This document shows positions 20,981 through 31,188 of a DNA stretch of 32,000 nt, piece after piece. Numbering within the stretch: position 1 is the stretch's first letter; each line of letters starts with the position of its first letter. The stretch comes from a virus. A program made the translations under genes and the position numbers. The stretch lies in IMG/VR virus record IMGVR_UViG_3300045988_137512, positions 10,274-42,273 of that record. One strand, written 5' to 3'. The notes beneath the pieces are model-generated. The model did not search any database, was not told the origin of the DNA, and saw only the letters and a list, made by a program, of their open reading frames with translations.

Positions 20981-21274
20981 TTATACACTCCTAACTACTA
21001 AAGTCCCTGAAAGTGGTGTATCATGAATTCCATTTGTTTCTACAATGATCATCCATTTGTACGTACCTTCTGTAAGAGCATCTGATGGACATTTGATTTT
21101 CAAATCCTCTTTGATATCCACACACTCAACAACTCTTGAGTTGTTTATAATTACAAATTGAACCTTGTCATTATTTCCTGGTATAAACGTATTTCCACTT
21201 TTAAAATTAAAAGAAACATCAGTAATAATCGTATCTCCTTTATTTATTGTGATTTGTTTATTTTTTATTTCCAT
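20981..21274 (-). CDS. Small tail-module protein (97 aa)
   Basis: AAAGGAG ribosome-binding site, and a beta-rich sequence. Confidence 0.5.
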   Translation of the reverse strand: MEIKNKQITINKGDTIITDVSFNFKSGNTFIPGNNDKVQFVIINNSRVVECVDIKEDLKIKCPSDALTEGTYKWMIIVETNGIHDTPLSGTLVVRSV

Positions 21275-21286
21275 ATATGCTCCTTT

Positions 21287-22324
21287 CTATTTATATAGAA
21301 TTGCTTTTTTCCATTCCAATCCATCAAAAACAAATAATCTACATAACTGATAATTACTTCTATTCTGTGTAACTGCTAATGAATAGCCACGTTTCCATCT
21401 TGTTCCATCAAACCTCCACACTTCCATGTGTGTAAACGTTGTATTGAATTTAACGTTCACCCATGAAGATGTTCTGTCTAATGAATCTGTAACAAGTACT
21501 TGAATCGTTCTTTCTGTATTTTTTGGAACAGAATATAGCTTAAATTCTCTAGAATCCACTGTGTTTTGACTTGATCCATCTTTGTATGTTACTGATTTAA
21601 CATGTCCATCATCCGATGTATGTACAGTGAATTTCACATCATCTGTATTTCCACTACCTTTGATAATTTCAAAATCTACATAAGTTACATATACAGAAGC
21701 GTAGTTTTCCAATGTAGTGGCCTTTAATACCGTTTGTGACAATCTATTTCCGCTACAGTCTGCCATATAAGATTCTACATGAAATTCATATTCTGTTTTC
21801 TGAGTAAGACCAGTAAAAGTATAATTTCCATTTAAATTATTACTTACAAATTGTTCATCCTTATTAGAATATAAACGTAATGTATATAAGTTATATGGAT
21901 TCGTTTTCAACTTTCCAAAAATTGAAATGTCATTGTTTCCAACACCTGATATCCATGCATCATATGATGGTAAATCAATTAATGGTGTAGTCAATCTTGC
22001 TTTCCCCGATAAATTAGGAAAGCCTTGACAACTCGCATCCCATTCAAAATACCGTTGTCTATTGCAGTACATAGGGTCATTAATTTGTCCTAGATAATAC
22101 CATCCTGAATCCTGGATATAATTTAAATCCCATCTTGAAATAGTTTTAGAAAGTCCTCCGAGAGTAACAACATTGTTTGCTTGGATTTTGAAATTTCCGG
22201 TGTATCTAAACCTTACATCCGCTTTAAATCTTAAATTAGGATACGAACCTTCGTATCTCTCGTTGTAAGATTCAAACGTAAGCATTAAATACGGATTATA
22301 GGTTAACGTTGCTAAAACAGTCAT
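21287..22324 (-). CDS. Baseplate protein with an FN3-like domain
   Basis: YTFTGLTQKTEYEFHVESY is fibronectin-III-like. Lies in the tail module. Confidence 0.5.
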   Translation of the reverse strand: MTVLATLTYNPYLMLTFESYNERYEGSYPNLRFKADVRFRYTGNFKIQANNVVTLGGLSKTISRWDLNYIQDSGWYYLGQINDPMYCNRQRYFEWDASCQGFPNLSGKARLTTPLIDLPSYDAWISGVGNNDISIFGKLKTNPYNLYTLRLYSNKDEQFVSNNLNGNYTFTGLTQKTEYEFHVESYMADCSGNRLSQTVLKATTLENYASVYVTYVDFEIIKGSGNTDDVKFTVHTSDDGHVKSVTYKDGSSQNTVDSREFKLYSVPKNTERTIQVLVTDSLDRTSSWVNVKFNTTFTHMEVWRFDGTRWKRGYSLAVTQNRSNYQLCRLFVFDGLEWKKAILYK

Positions 22325-22327
22325 ACA

Positions 22328-22924
22328 CTATTCCTCGTATTTGATATAGATATCCCCAGCTTTATCACCATCTTGTACAGTAGGATCTGTAGTTCCACTA
22401 CGTACATTTACAGTAAGCTTTAATCGATCATCAAATTGTTTTTGATATCCTTCCAATGTTTTAATAGTTGTTTGTGCCTTTGCAATCGCATCTAACAGAT
22501 TTTTAAAATTTTCTGTTGAATCAATACCACTATCTAACGCAAAATTCTTTACAACTTTAATTTTAAATGTGAATGAAGTTACAAATGTATTATCTGAGCT
22601 CAATACGATTTCAGCACTTACAATACCTGCTTCTGCTAGAATATTTGCAAACGTTTCTGTGTCAGAAAATGTAATTTCATATGCATTCGAGTTTTCAAAT
22701 CGTGATACACTAGTCGCATCCACACTTACATTTAATCCACTTGGTTTTTCAATCCACATAGTAGCCGTTAATGATGAGTCAGTTTCTGAAGGTTCATCTA
22801 CAATCACATCATCACTCACAAATACAATAAGTCCTCGTCCTGTATCTCCTTGAAGCATTTCCAACGTTAAATCAGAATTTTCTTTTGTAAGACTTACAGT
22901 TAAATGACTATATACAATCGCCAT
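22328..22924 (-). CDS. BppU-like baseplate upper protein N-terminal domain protein (198 aa from MAIVYSHL...)
   Basis: GAGGT ribosome-binding site before the ATG at 22922-22924. LEMLQGDTGRGLIVFV resembles BppU_N. Confidence 0.45.
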   Translation of the reverse strand: MAIVYSHLTVSLTKENSDLTLEMLQGDTGRGLIVFVSDDVIVDEPSETDSSLTATMWIEKPSGLNVSVDATSVSRFENSNAYEITFSDTETFANILAEAGIVSAEIVLSSDNTFVTSFTFKIKVVKNFALDSGIDSTENFKNLLDAIAKAQTTIKTLEGYQKQFDDRLKLTVNVRSGTTDPTVQDGDKAGDIYIKYEE

Positions 22925-22925
22925 G

Positions 22926-24515
22926 TTATACCTCACTTTCTAATACAAGATCTAAATCTTCAGGACGTTCCGTAATCAAGTTATAGGTCAATTTATTTAA
23001 ATAAAACCTTTCTCGTTTTCCAAACTCAGTTTCTACATAAATCGAATCATTTAACTTTAACATCTGTACATCAGGCACATTAGATGAAAATAGTTCTTCA
23101 AATTTAATAGAAGTTTCTGTTTTTGGCTCTTGCAGTTCTTTCTCCAAAGATTTTTTAGCTTGTATTCTAAGATAGTTTCTTAGGTTCACTTCATTTGTAA
23201 ATACGCCCAATGTTGTTTTCTCTGCTTGTGAATCATCCGCAATCAATTTGATATCAGAATATTCTTTTACATCAATTCTATGAATTTCATCTGTATCCCA
23301 ATTACTAGCCTTAACGATCTCGTTATTCGGTAGAAGTCGTCCATTGTATGCCTTTGGTATGATTCCTGTAACTACATTTTCCATTGATTTTTTCTTAGTG
23401 TATTCAGACATTTCTTTATTACTTATAAAGAAATCATTTGGTTTCAAATTGGAAGCATAGTAATCTGGATTTCCAAAATAACAGTCATAATTGTTGAACA
23501 TCGCAACATATCTGTTGTTTTCACATTCAGGCCATCTGTTCATCATGGAATTTTCTTCTGTGCCAAACAAACATTGGATCAGATTATATCGAACCCAATA
23601 TGCCGTTTGTGTGGAATCCACATCTTCAACCATCCATTTACACGCATTTCCAACTTCGGCAGTACCTCTATCAGCAACAATAACTTTATTTCCATTGCCA
23701 ATACTCGTTGAACTAGGATAGATGCCATAATATATGTTTCCATATGGTGCAATCTCGTAACTAGAACCATTGTTAATGAACCACCATTTCTCAGAATTAT
23801 CTGATGGACTTTCAGATAGGCTGCCTAACACAACCTTTCCTGAGTCCAATTTAAGCCATCTACATGAACATAAAGATAAAATTCCATATATATCTCCATA
23901 TTTGTCTGACCCTACTTTTTTCAACATGAAAGTCTGTGCGGACGTTCTGTTTCTTTGATACGTCTGTAACTGTAAAGATGCATCTTCACTTGCGTTTGGA
24001 ACATCCAAACAATACCCACTATTCTGAACATTTCGGAAATAAACGATTTTTTCATTCTCTGCATTAACGTTGGCATAGTTTGCATATTTTCCATGTCCAT
24101 AAATTTTATAAGGATAATTGGGCCGTGAATTTGTGATAATATCATTTGCGGTATTTATCGCATCTTGCCACGTACCACTCATAGTACGATCATCAAACAC
24201 AAACACTTCTTTTTGAGAATCAAAGAACACATGTGTTGCATAGCATGTATATGTATCTTTCTGTTTGTTGTATTTTGGATACGCAATTCTATATAACTGA
24301 GGTTCTTCAAAATTGATATCCACTTTAAACACGGATTCATCACTGATTTCCATACCCATCAAATCACTTTTTGGGAATTCTATTTCTACGCACCAAATAG
24401 AATTTCTTTCAAACACTGCTTTTGCACTAACACAATGTTTTAAAATTACATCTCCATTACGTTCTTTCATTTGTGCATATGTTGTTTTTTTTCTAGAAAA
24501 GAATAAATGAATCAT
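22926..24515 (-). CDS. Tail-associated (Tal-like) protein with an inserted ricin-B-type beta-trefoil lectin module
   Basis: Lies immediately after Dit. Degenerate QxW-like repeats (SAQTFML, SEKWWFI and ACKWMVE) fall within aa 155-300. Confidence 0.6.
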   Translation of the reverse strand: MIHLFFSRKKTTYAQMKERNGDVILKHCVSAKAVFERNSIWCVEIEFPKSDLMGMEISDESVFKVDINFEEPQLYRIAYPKYNKQKDTYTCYATHVFFDSQKEVFVFDDRTMSGTWQDAINTANDIITNSRPNYPYKIYGHGKYANYANVNAENEKIVYFRNVQNSGYCLDVPNASEDASLQLQTYQRNRTSAQTFMLKKVGSDKYGDIYGILSLCSCRWLKLDSGKVVLGSLSESPSDNSEKWWFINNGSSYEIAPYGNIYYGIYPSSTSIGNGNKVIVADRGTAEVGNACKWMVEDVDSTQTAYWVRYNLIQCLFGTEENSMMNRWPECENNRYVAMFNNYDCYFGNPDYYASNLKPNDFFISNKEMSEYTKKKSMENVVTGIIPKAYNGRLLPNNEIVKASNWDTDEIHRIDVKEYSDIKLIADDSQAEKTTLGVFTNEVNLRNYLRIQAKKSLEKELQEPKTETSIKFEELFSSNVPDVQMLKLNDSIYVETEFGKRERFYLNKLTYNLITERPEDLDLVLESEV

Positions 24516-24517
24516 CT

Positions 24518-25300
24518 TTATTTCTCCCTATAATTACGTATAATTTCTGCACGAATAGCACCAATATCTGTTGCGATCAATACATTATTTGAACCATAAT
24601 TAAACTTAAGTCCGTCAAATGATCCACTTGTTTTCAATGTGTCATATTTATACGTTCCATTTTTATAGTATGTTTTCATATAAGAATTCTCTGTATTGAT
24701 TTCAACATACGAAATATCCGATGCACCGTTAAAAGGATTTGTGATTGTAAAATTATTTCCGTTACAATTAATCGTAATGTTTTTTGCGTTCATGGAAGTG
24801 TTATATAGACGATAGATTGGATATGCTGTTTCATAATAATTCGCAAGTTCTACCTTTTTTCCACTTACAATATCGTATGGCCTTGAATACTTATTTACGT
24901 ATCTGTAAGGTTCACAAATAAACGTGATTGTAAATTCACTTCCTCGCCCAAAATCTCTAGAATCCATATCGAACGTTATATTTTTTACCTTCCAATAATG
25001 TTCTCTATCATCACTAGTTAACTCCAATATTCCTTTGTTTCCATTAAAATATTGTTGGATCTTATAGATACGATCTAGATATTCTTTCTTGCTATTTAAA
25101 ACAAAGTTGCATTTGATAGGAATTTTGCGATCTTGATATACACCTGTATGACGATACGATGTAGTACCGTCACCAAGTGTAGATGTTTCTACAATTTCCT
25201 CTGCCATAGGAATAACAGGACGCTCACTTACCTTTAATAAATACATAATATTTTGCGTATAACGCAGTTTATTTTCAGGTGTAAATCTAAAATGATACAT
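24518..25300 (-). CDS. Distal tail protein (Dit-like; 260 aa from MYHFRF...)
   Basis: GGAGGT ribosome-binding site 7 nt before the ATG at 25298-25300. Lies directly downstream of the tape measure. Confidence 0.6.
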   Translation of the reverse strand: MYHFRFTPENKLRYTQNIMYLLKVSERPVIPMAEEIVETSTLGDGTTSYRHTGVYQDRKIPIKCNFVLNSKKEYLDRIYKIQQYFNGNKGILELTSDDREHYWKVKNITFDMDSRDFGRGSEFTITFICEPYRYVNKYSRPYDIVSGKKVELANYYETAYPIYRLYNTSMNAKNITINCNGNNFTITNPFNGASDISYVEINTENSYMKTYYKNGTYKYDTLKTSGSFDGLKFNYGSNNVLIATDIGAIRAEIIRNYREK

Positions 25301-25301
25301 T

Positions 25302-28300
25302 CTATGAACCTCCATTTCCCCATGATTTCAACATATCTCGAATTGATATAATTTCTTGTACAGTATCTGTAACAACATTTCCATCCAATTGCATAGGTTG
25401 TAGATTGATTGTGATATTGCTATCCAATATTGCATTTAAAGCACTCGTTAAATTGTCCATTCTTTTGTAAATACCATCCAAGTTTAAATTGTATGCCGTA
25501 GAATTAGAGCGCGATACTGTACCACCCATAATAGATGTAGTAGCATCACTAGCCGCTGCATATGCGCTTGTATCAGCCAACGCTGCAATAGAATCAGCAC
25601 TCATAGGTGCAACATCAGAATCAACAACAGGTCGAGATAAATTATCTAAAGAATGTTTTTCAGTTTTGTGTACAGTTTTCTTTATAGTTGTAATAACAAT
25701 AGGATCTTTGGCAGCTGCTTTTGCGTTATGGATAGCTTTTTCAACTTTTTTTGCATAATCTATAGTTGCTTGCGCATACGGCTCATAAGCTTTCAATAAT
25801 GCACTTCCACCTGATTTTCCCATAGAACCAGAAGATGCCTTTGCATTGGATTTTCCATCGCCCATCTTATCTCCAGTATCTTTGGATTTTTTTGAAGCTT
25901 TATCTTTAGCTTTATCTAATTCCTTTTCTAATTCGTCAACTCCGCCTTTTGCCAAAGCTTTCATAGCTTGATCAACAGTAATTGTTCCATCTGCAATACC
26001 TGCTGCACATTTTTGTGGAATTTGTTCACCATCATAATTTGATTTCGTTAATGCTTCCTCAAACTCAATCAGGTTATTAAGCATTGTATTCGCTTCTGAT
26101 ACACTGCCTGCATTTGAAATAATACTGTAAGCCATGCCTTGTGGAATATTAAGCCCAGCTGCACTTGCATTATCAACTAACTGCTGAAATGTCATCATAG
26201 ATGCCACAAAATTACTTGCCGTTTGATAACTTTCTGTGCCATTCATAATTCCGCTTGTTAACTTTTCAGGAATTTGAATACCAGCTTCACCAGCTTTATC
26301 TATAGCACCTTGTAATGATTGTTTTAACGAATCTCCAATTTTTGTATAGCCACCCGTTTCTGCCTGGTTGTTGAGATCTAGTAAAGTTTTATTTGTTTCT
26401 TGCATTTTAGTTGCCATAGTTGCTAAAGAAACGTTTGCTTCATCTATTTTCTTTCTCAACTGCTCAATCTGAGTTTGATACCTTAATGCCTTTTCATTGT
26501 CTCCATCTTTAAATGCTTGTGACTGTTTGACTTTCAATTCATCCATCTTGTCATTTAATCCATGAACACTCTCTGTTACTTCACTATATTTCATCTGTTG
26601 CTTAATTAAAGCTTTTGTTTGTTCTTTAATCGCTTCTGCATACGCTTCTTGTTTAGCAGCTTCTTGAACTTTTTGAATGTATTCTTCTAACGCTTGATTG
26701 TTTTCAAACACCTTGCCTGTATTGTCGGCAACTTTTCCTGTATTTGAATCAATTGTTAAACCGAGATCAGGATAGATTTCATTCAATTGATTAACAGCTT
26801 CTTGCAACATTTGTTTCTGTATAGCATTTTTGTTTTCTACACCATTTAATTGTTCAATCGTTCTCATCAAAGAATTAGACTGACTGATATTCTGTTCGTT
26901 TGTAGATAAAATGGCTTCTGATTTTTCTTTATATTCATCAATTTTTTTGTTGAACGAACTAACACTGTCTACAACTTTTAAATAACTTTGCGCTACTGCA
27001 TCATTCTTAACAGCATTTTCTAAAGCTTTTTTATTTGCCTTTTCAAACATAGGAACTAACACTGCAATTTCAGCAGCTGCCAATCCAACAGCTATTCCAA
27101 CTCCACCCAATGCAATACTTGAACTTTTTAATGCTTCAGTTGTAACACCAGTTCGCTTAAACAATTTTGTCAATAAGCCATCAGTTTTATCTACAGGGCC
27201 ACTTAAATCGTTTAGTTCACTTGCCGTTTTTCCAATCCATGAAGAAACTTTTCCAAATCCATTTGTCAACTTCTGAGCGCCACTAAATATTTTTCCTAAT
27301 CCTTTTGCGGTTGGATAAGCGGCTGCCGTCAACAACAACATCTTTGCGATTGTCTGTTGTGTTCCTTCATCTAAATCAGAGAATGCATTAGCTGCTTTTT
27401 TTACAATTTTTAAATTAGATGTAAGAGTAGGTGTAAATGCCTGGCCTAGTTCATCAGCGGCTTGTTTAACTGCTTCCCATGTCTGTGACATTTGAGATTT
27501 TAATGTTCCATATCGTTTTTCCGCTTCAGTTGCCATGGCTGAATTCGCTTGCCATGCATTTTGAGAAACATTTAATGCTTTAGCCAATACATCTGAACTT
27601 TGTGCCAAAGCACCCATTGACTGTGCTTGTCGTACTTCCTTAATGCCTAATTCATCCAATGTTTTTGTAACATCCGCCGATTTCCCAATACCTTCTACAA
27701 ACTTTAAGAATGTTCCCGCTGCATCTTCTCCCCAAGCCTTTTGGAATTGTTGAGAAGTCATACCAGACACTTCTGCAAACTTTTGTAGTTTCTTATCTCC
27801 TGTAGAAACAGATAGATCAATTGTCTTTAACATTTTAGAGACAGAACTACCACCAGCAGCGGCTTCAATACCTAATGAAGATAATGCAGTTGATAAACCT
27901 AATACTTCATTAGAGTTAAAGCCTACCATTTTACCTGCAACACCTAATCTAGTAGCCATATTCATGATATCTGCTTCGGTTGTAGAGAATTTATTTCCTA
28001 AATCTACGATTGTAGAACCTAAACGAGAATAATATGTATTCGTCTTTTTAGACTGTGAAACCATTACGTTTGAGAATTTGGCAATACTTTGTGCTGCTTC
28101 TTCACCAACAAGATTTGTAGTATCACCCAATTCTGTAATAGTTTTAGTAAATCCAACAATAGAATCTGTAGGGATACCCATTTGTCCTGCAAGTTCTGCA
28201 TAATGTGCAATATCTTGATATGTACTCGATGTATTCTGTGCAAGATCTTTTAATCCAGCATTGATTTTTTCAAACTGTTGAGGGGTTGCATTTACAGTTT

Positions 28301-29135
28301 TTGTAACACCAGTCCATGCATCTTCAAAATCAATTGCAGTTTTTGTTGCTCCGACAATAACCGCTGCTGACAACGCAGACAAGGGTTTAATAGTTTCTGC
28401 AAATTGATTTGCTTTCTGACTGGCAACACCAAATGAATGTGATAATTTTAATATATTTTCATTATCTGTAATAAAGCTTTTATTCAAGCTCTTTAGTTCA
28501 TTGTTTAACGTTGCTGCACCAGCTCTTAGACCATTAAACGTCCTTTGCGATTCCTCATACGTGCTTCCTAAGTCAACAAGATTTTTCTTTTGTTCCGCAA
28601 TTTTTGCATTGTATTCCTTTTGTGAAGCACTATTTGCCTTCATAGAAACTGAAAGTTCTTTATTTCTAGCAGTTAGAGTGGAAATTGCGGTTTCACATTG
28701 TTCTGTAGTGTGATAACTATCGCCAATCGCATCTTTCCATGCTTGGATTTGAGTTTGATTTGTCTTATATTCTTTTTGTAAGGCACTCATCGCCGATTCA
28801 GTACTGTTTAATTTAGTCTGATATTGCGATAACGTGTCTTTTGATTTGTTAACTTGATCTGCCCATTGTTGTTGTGTTTTAGGATATTCTTTAAGCTTTT
28901 TGTTATAGACATCCAATTGCTTAGAAGTGCTCTGAATCTTATCCTTTAATAGATTTTGGTATGTTGCAAATGACGAGAAATCATTCGGATTTAGCTTCAT
29001 CGAAGCTTTTAGTTTAGACATTGTTTGGTCTAATCCTGATGTTTCTCTTTTGATTTCATTTATCGCTTTCTGAAATCCTGTAGTATCTCCATCAATCTTT
29101 ACGGAGATACCTTTTATTTGACTATAACCTGACAA
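25302..29135 (-). CDS. Tail tape measure protein (1277 aa)
   Basis: Size, helical/coiled-coil composition and internal hydrophobic segments. TTG start with AGGAGG 8 nt upstream. Lies between the G/GT chaperones and Dit. Confidence 0.9.
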   Translation of the reverse strand: MSGYSQIKGISVKIDGDTTGFQKAINEIKRETSGLDQTMSKLKASMKLNPNDFSSFATYQNLLKDKIQSTSKQLDVYNKKLKEYPKTQQQWADQVNKSKDTLSQYQTKLNSTESAMSALQKEYKTNQTQIQAWKDAIGDSYHTTEQCETAISTLTARNKELSVSMKANSASQKEYNAKIAEQKKNLVDLGSTYEESQRTFNGLRAGAATLNNELKSLNKSFITDNENILKLSHSFGVASQKANQFAETIKPLSALSAAVIVGATKTAIDFEDAWTGVTKTVNATPQQFEKINAGLKDLAQNTSSTYQDIAHYAELAGQMGIPTDSIVGFTKTITELGDTTNLVGEEAAQSIAKFSNVMVSQSKKTNTYYSRLGSTIVDLGNKFSTTEADIMNMATRLGVAGKMVGFNSNEVLGLSTALSSLGIEAAAGGSSVSKMLKTIDLSVSTGDKKLQKFAEVSGMTSQQFQKAWGEDAAGTFLKFVEGIGKSADVTKTLDELGIKEVRQAQSMGALAQSSDVLAKALNVSQNAWQANSAMATEAEKRYGTLKSQMSQTWEAVKQAADELGQAFTPTLTSNLKIVKKAANAFSDLDEGTQQTIAKMLLLTAAAYPTAKGLGKIFSGAQKLTNGFGKVSSWIGKTASELNDLSGPVDKTDGLLTKLFKRTGVTTEALKSSSIALGGVGIAVGLAAAEIAVLVPMFEKANKKALENAVKNDAVAQSYLKVVDSVSSFNKKIDEYKEKSEAILSTNEQNISQSNSLMRTIEQLNGVENKNAIQKQMLQEAVNQLNEIYPDLGLTIDSNTGKVADNTGKVFENNQALEEYIQKVQEAAKQEAYAEAIKEQTKALIKQQMKYSEVTESVHGLNDKMDELKVKQSQAFKDGDNEKALRYQTQIEQLRKKIDEANVSLATMATKMQETNKTLLDLNNQAETGGYTKIGDSLKQSLQGAIDKAGEAGIQIPEKLTSGIMNGTESYQTASNFVASMMTFQQLVDNASAAGLNIPQGMAYSIISNAGSVSEANTMLNNLIEFEEALTKSNYDGEQIPQKCAAGIADGTITVDQAMKALAKGGVDELEKELDKAKDKASKKSKDTGDKMGDGKSNAKASSGSMGKSGGSALLKAYEPYAQATIDYAKKVEKAIHNAKAAAKDPIVITTIKKTVHKTEKHSLDNLSRPVVDSDVAPMSADSIAALADTSAYAAASDATTSIMGGTVSRSNSTAYNLNLDGIYKRMDNLTSALNAILDSNITINLQPMQLDGNVVTDTVQEIISIRDMLKSWGNGGS

Positions 29136-29147
29136 TTTTAGTACCTC

Positions 29148-29767
29148 CTAAAATCTGTCAAAGTCGCTTTGGATTGCTTTACGGATATGTACTTTGTTAC
29201 TAAATTGTTTGTCTGCTCTTGCACTCATATTGCTTTTAGCTATGATCAAGTCAAACATCATTCCAATGTCCATATCATCTATTTCATTCATCTTAAGCCC
29301 TAAATTCATGCACCCTATAATCAAATCAGAGTAGCTGACTATTCTTTTTTTTTGCTTTTTTCTTCTACATCTTCTGATTCACTATCGATAGTTGGACTGT
29401 TCGCAAAAACGATTTTTTCAAACACCACAATACCTACTGTGACGAATGTGTCATAGTCTACAACATTATCAATAAAATCTGAAAAATCTTCCGTTTCTTT
29501 TCCTTGAACAACATCATATGCTTTGATACATGCCCACAACACACGTTCAAAGAATTCTGAACCATTCGCTTCTAACAATACATAATATGCAGGTTCATCT
29601 TCTTCATCTGTTCCCACTTTATTTTTGATAGCTTCCGAAAACTTCATCTGTGCTTTCTGAGTGTCAACCAACATATCTCTATTGAAGTATTCTCTATATA
29701 TTTTCGCTGTCTTTCCTTTATAAAGAACGCCATATTCTTTTCCGTCAATTTTAATTTTTATTTCCAT
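29148..29767 (-). CDS. Tail assembly chaperone G-T fusion produced by a -1 programmed frameshift
   Basis: An A9 run (plus-strand T9 at 29345-29353) sits just before the G stop. The -1 frame stays open for about 65 more codons (KKRIVSYSDLIIGCMNLGLKMNEIDDMDIGMMFDLIIAKSN...DFDRF) and ends at 29148-29150, inside the tape measure ribosome-binding site. Confidence 0.65.
29339..29767 (-). CDS. Tail assembly chaperone (gpG-like)
   Basis: 142-aa acidic protein between the major tail protein and the tape measure. Confidence 0.7.
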   Translation of the reverse strand: MEIKIKIDGKEYGVLYKGKTAKIYREYFNRDMLVDTQKAQMKFSEAIKNKVGTDEEDEPAYYVLLEANGSEFFERVLWACIKAYDVVQGKETEDFSDFIDNVVDYDTFVTVGIVVFEKIVFANSPTIDSESEDVEEKSKKKE

Positions 29768-29778
29768 ATAACCTCACA

Positions 29779-29798
29779 AAGAGGGGGTTGCCCCTCTT
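29779..29798 (-). promoter_or_regulatory. GC-rich stem-loop after the major tail gene (attenuator or stabiliser candidate)
   Basis: AAGAGGGG-GTTG-CCCCTCTT, an 8-bp stem overlapping the major tail protein stop codon. Only a short T-tract follows. Confidence 0.4.
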
Positions 29799-30441
29799 AT
29801 AATGTGCTCACTTCCTTACCATTATCACTTTGTACAACTACCGGTGTGCCATCTTCCTGGCTCACTTCACTAGCTTTTGGACTAGGTAATGTTGGAGCAG
29901 TTGTAAAGAAACTCTCATAATTTGTATCACCTTTACGACATTTTGACTTTACCCATTGATGATCACCTTGTTCTACAGGAACTGCTGTAATATCCATTGA
30001 TGTTGTTTTTGGATCAGTGCTTTCTTCTTTCGTTTCACCTTCTACATTTGGTCGTGCAAATACAACCTTATAGAAGATATGTTTAGTAGCACTTACATCA
30101 CCTTCAAATTGGAACATTAGCGCAACATTATTAGGCAATACGTTTGCATCTTCTGCTAAGTTACCTTCTTCTGTTGTCACTGTATTGAAAATCATCTTTT
30201 CAATTTCTTCAGGAATTTCAGACATCTCTAAACTACCTGAATATCCATTGTTTGTATTTGTTGTAAAATACGCAGTGTTATCTGCATAATATGTATTTGT
30301 ATCTCCTTCTGGATCTAGTGTTAATGATTTAGCACCTTTCCATGCAGTAGGCTTACCATATGTAATTGATCCTGCACTTTCTGTAATAGAACATACATGT
30401 ACATTTTTTAGACCGAATCGTACTTTGTTTTTATCTGCCAT
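29797..30441 (-). CDS. Major tail protein (phi13-family-like)
   Basis: VRFGLKNVHVCSITE...ITYGKPTAWKGAKSLTLDPEGDTNTYYADN matches the phi13-type major tail pattern. Position also fits. Confidence 0.8.
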   Translation of the reverse strand: MADKNKVRFGLKNVHVCSITESAGSITYGKPTAWKGAKSLTLDPEGDTNTYYADNTAYFTTNTNNGYSGSLEMSEIPEEIEKMIFNTVTTEEGNLAEDANVLPNNVALMFQFEGDVSATKHIFYKVVFARPNVEGETKEESTDPKTTSMDITAVPVEQGDHQWVKSKCRKGDTNYESFFTTAPTLPSPKASEVSQEDGTPVVVQSDNGKEVSTL

Positions 30442-30446
30442 AGTTT

Positions 30447-30857
30447 TTATCCTTTCAAATATTTTTCGATTAAACTTGGCAGTTCCTTGATTGCGTTTGT
30501 TTCTCCATCCTTCCAGTGCTCGAATGCACGTGTACGTCTAGGAGAATTCCATAAATTATGTCCGTTTTCTAGTAAATGAGTTAATGAGTATTCGTGACCA
30601 CTCGCATAAATAACACCGCGTGTATGAGCTAATTCCCGTTCTATCTTATATGTTATAGACCTTTTATATTTTCCCTTTCTGCGCGTATTTCTATGGTCTA
30701 CATTGGCCTTAGCTTTAACAATGTCTTTAGAATCTTTTGTAGTTTCTTCTACTGCTCTATCAATCTGCGCCAAAGAATGCTCTTTATATTCTTGAATCAT
30801 CTTTCTGATTTCAGGCCCAAGCTGCGACATATCGCAATATACATCATTGACGGCCAA
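30447..30857 (-). CDS. HK97 gp10-family head-tail/tail completion protein
   Basis: RRKGKYKRSITYKI...VIYASGHEYSLTHLLENGH resembles the gp10 family. The start given in the ORF track is a TTG, so the start is uncertain. Confidence 0.55.
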   Translation of the reverse strand: MAVNDVYCDMSQLGPEIRKMIQEYKEHSLAQIDRAVEETTKDSKDIVKAKANVDHRNTRRKGKYKRSITYKIERELAHTRGVIYASGHEYSLTHLLENGHNLWNSPRRTRAFEHWKDGETNAIKELPSLIEKYLKG

Positions 30858-31188
30858 CTAATGTCACCGTCCATTCTGTACAGTGTACTTTTTGAGTTGT
30901 TATATCTTCATCTGTGATGGTTTGGTATGGTATTTCTAATTCATCAAACATGTCTTCGATTTTAGCTTCTAATTCAAAATCTTTTTGATCAGTCACCAAT
31001 CTATATATGTAAGTTCCAATCTTACAATACGTTCTATTGTCCGCAAAGTAATTATTTGTATAATCCAATGCATAATTCCCATAGGGGGTATGGGGTTTTG
31101 ATTTGAAACTGCCATATACAAATTGTCCTTCACCTAAAAGTTCAGTGAATTTAGCAACGATTTGTTGTCTTACTGTTACTGTTTCCAT
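30844..31188 (-). CDS. Head-tail joining/tail terminator-like protein (114 aa)
   Basis: Position and size only. Confidence 0.45.
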   Translation of the reverse strand: METVTVRQQIVAKFTELLGEGQFVYGSFKSKPHTPYGNYALDYTNNYFADNRTYCKIGTYIYRLVTDQKDFELEAKIEDMFDELEIPYQTITDEDITTQKVHCTEWTVTLVGRQ

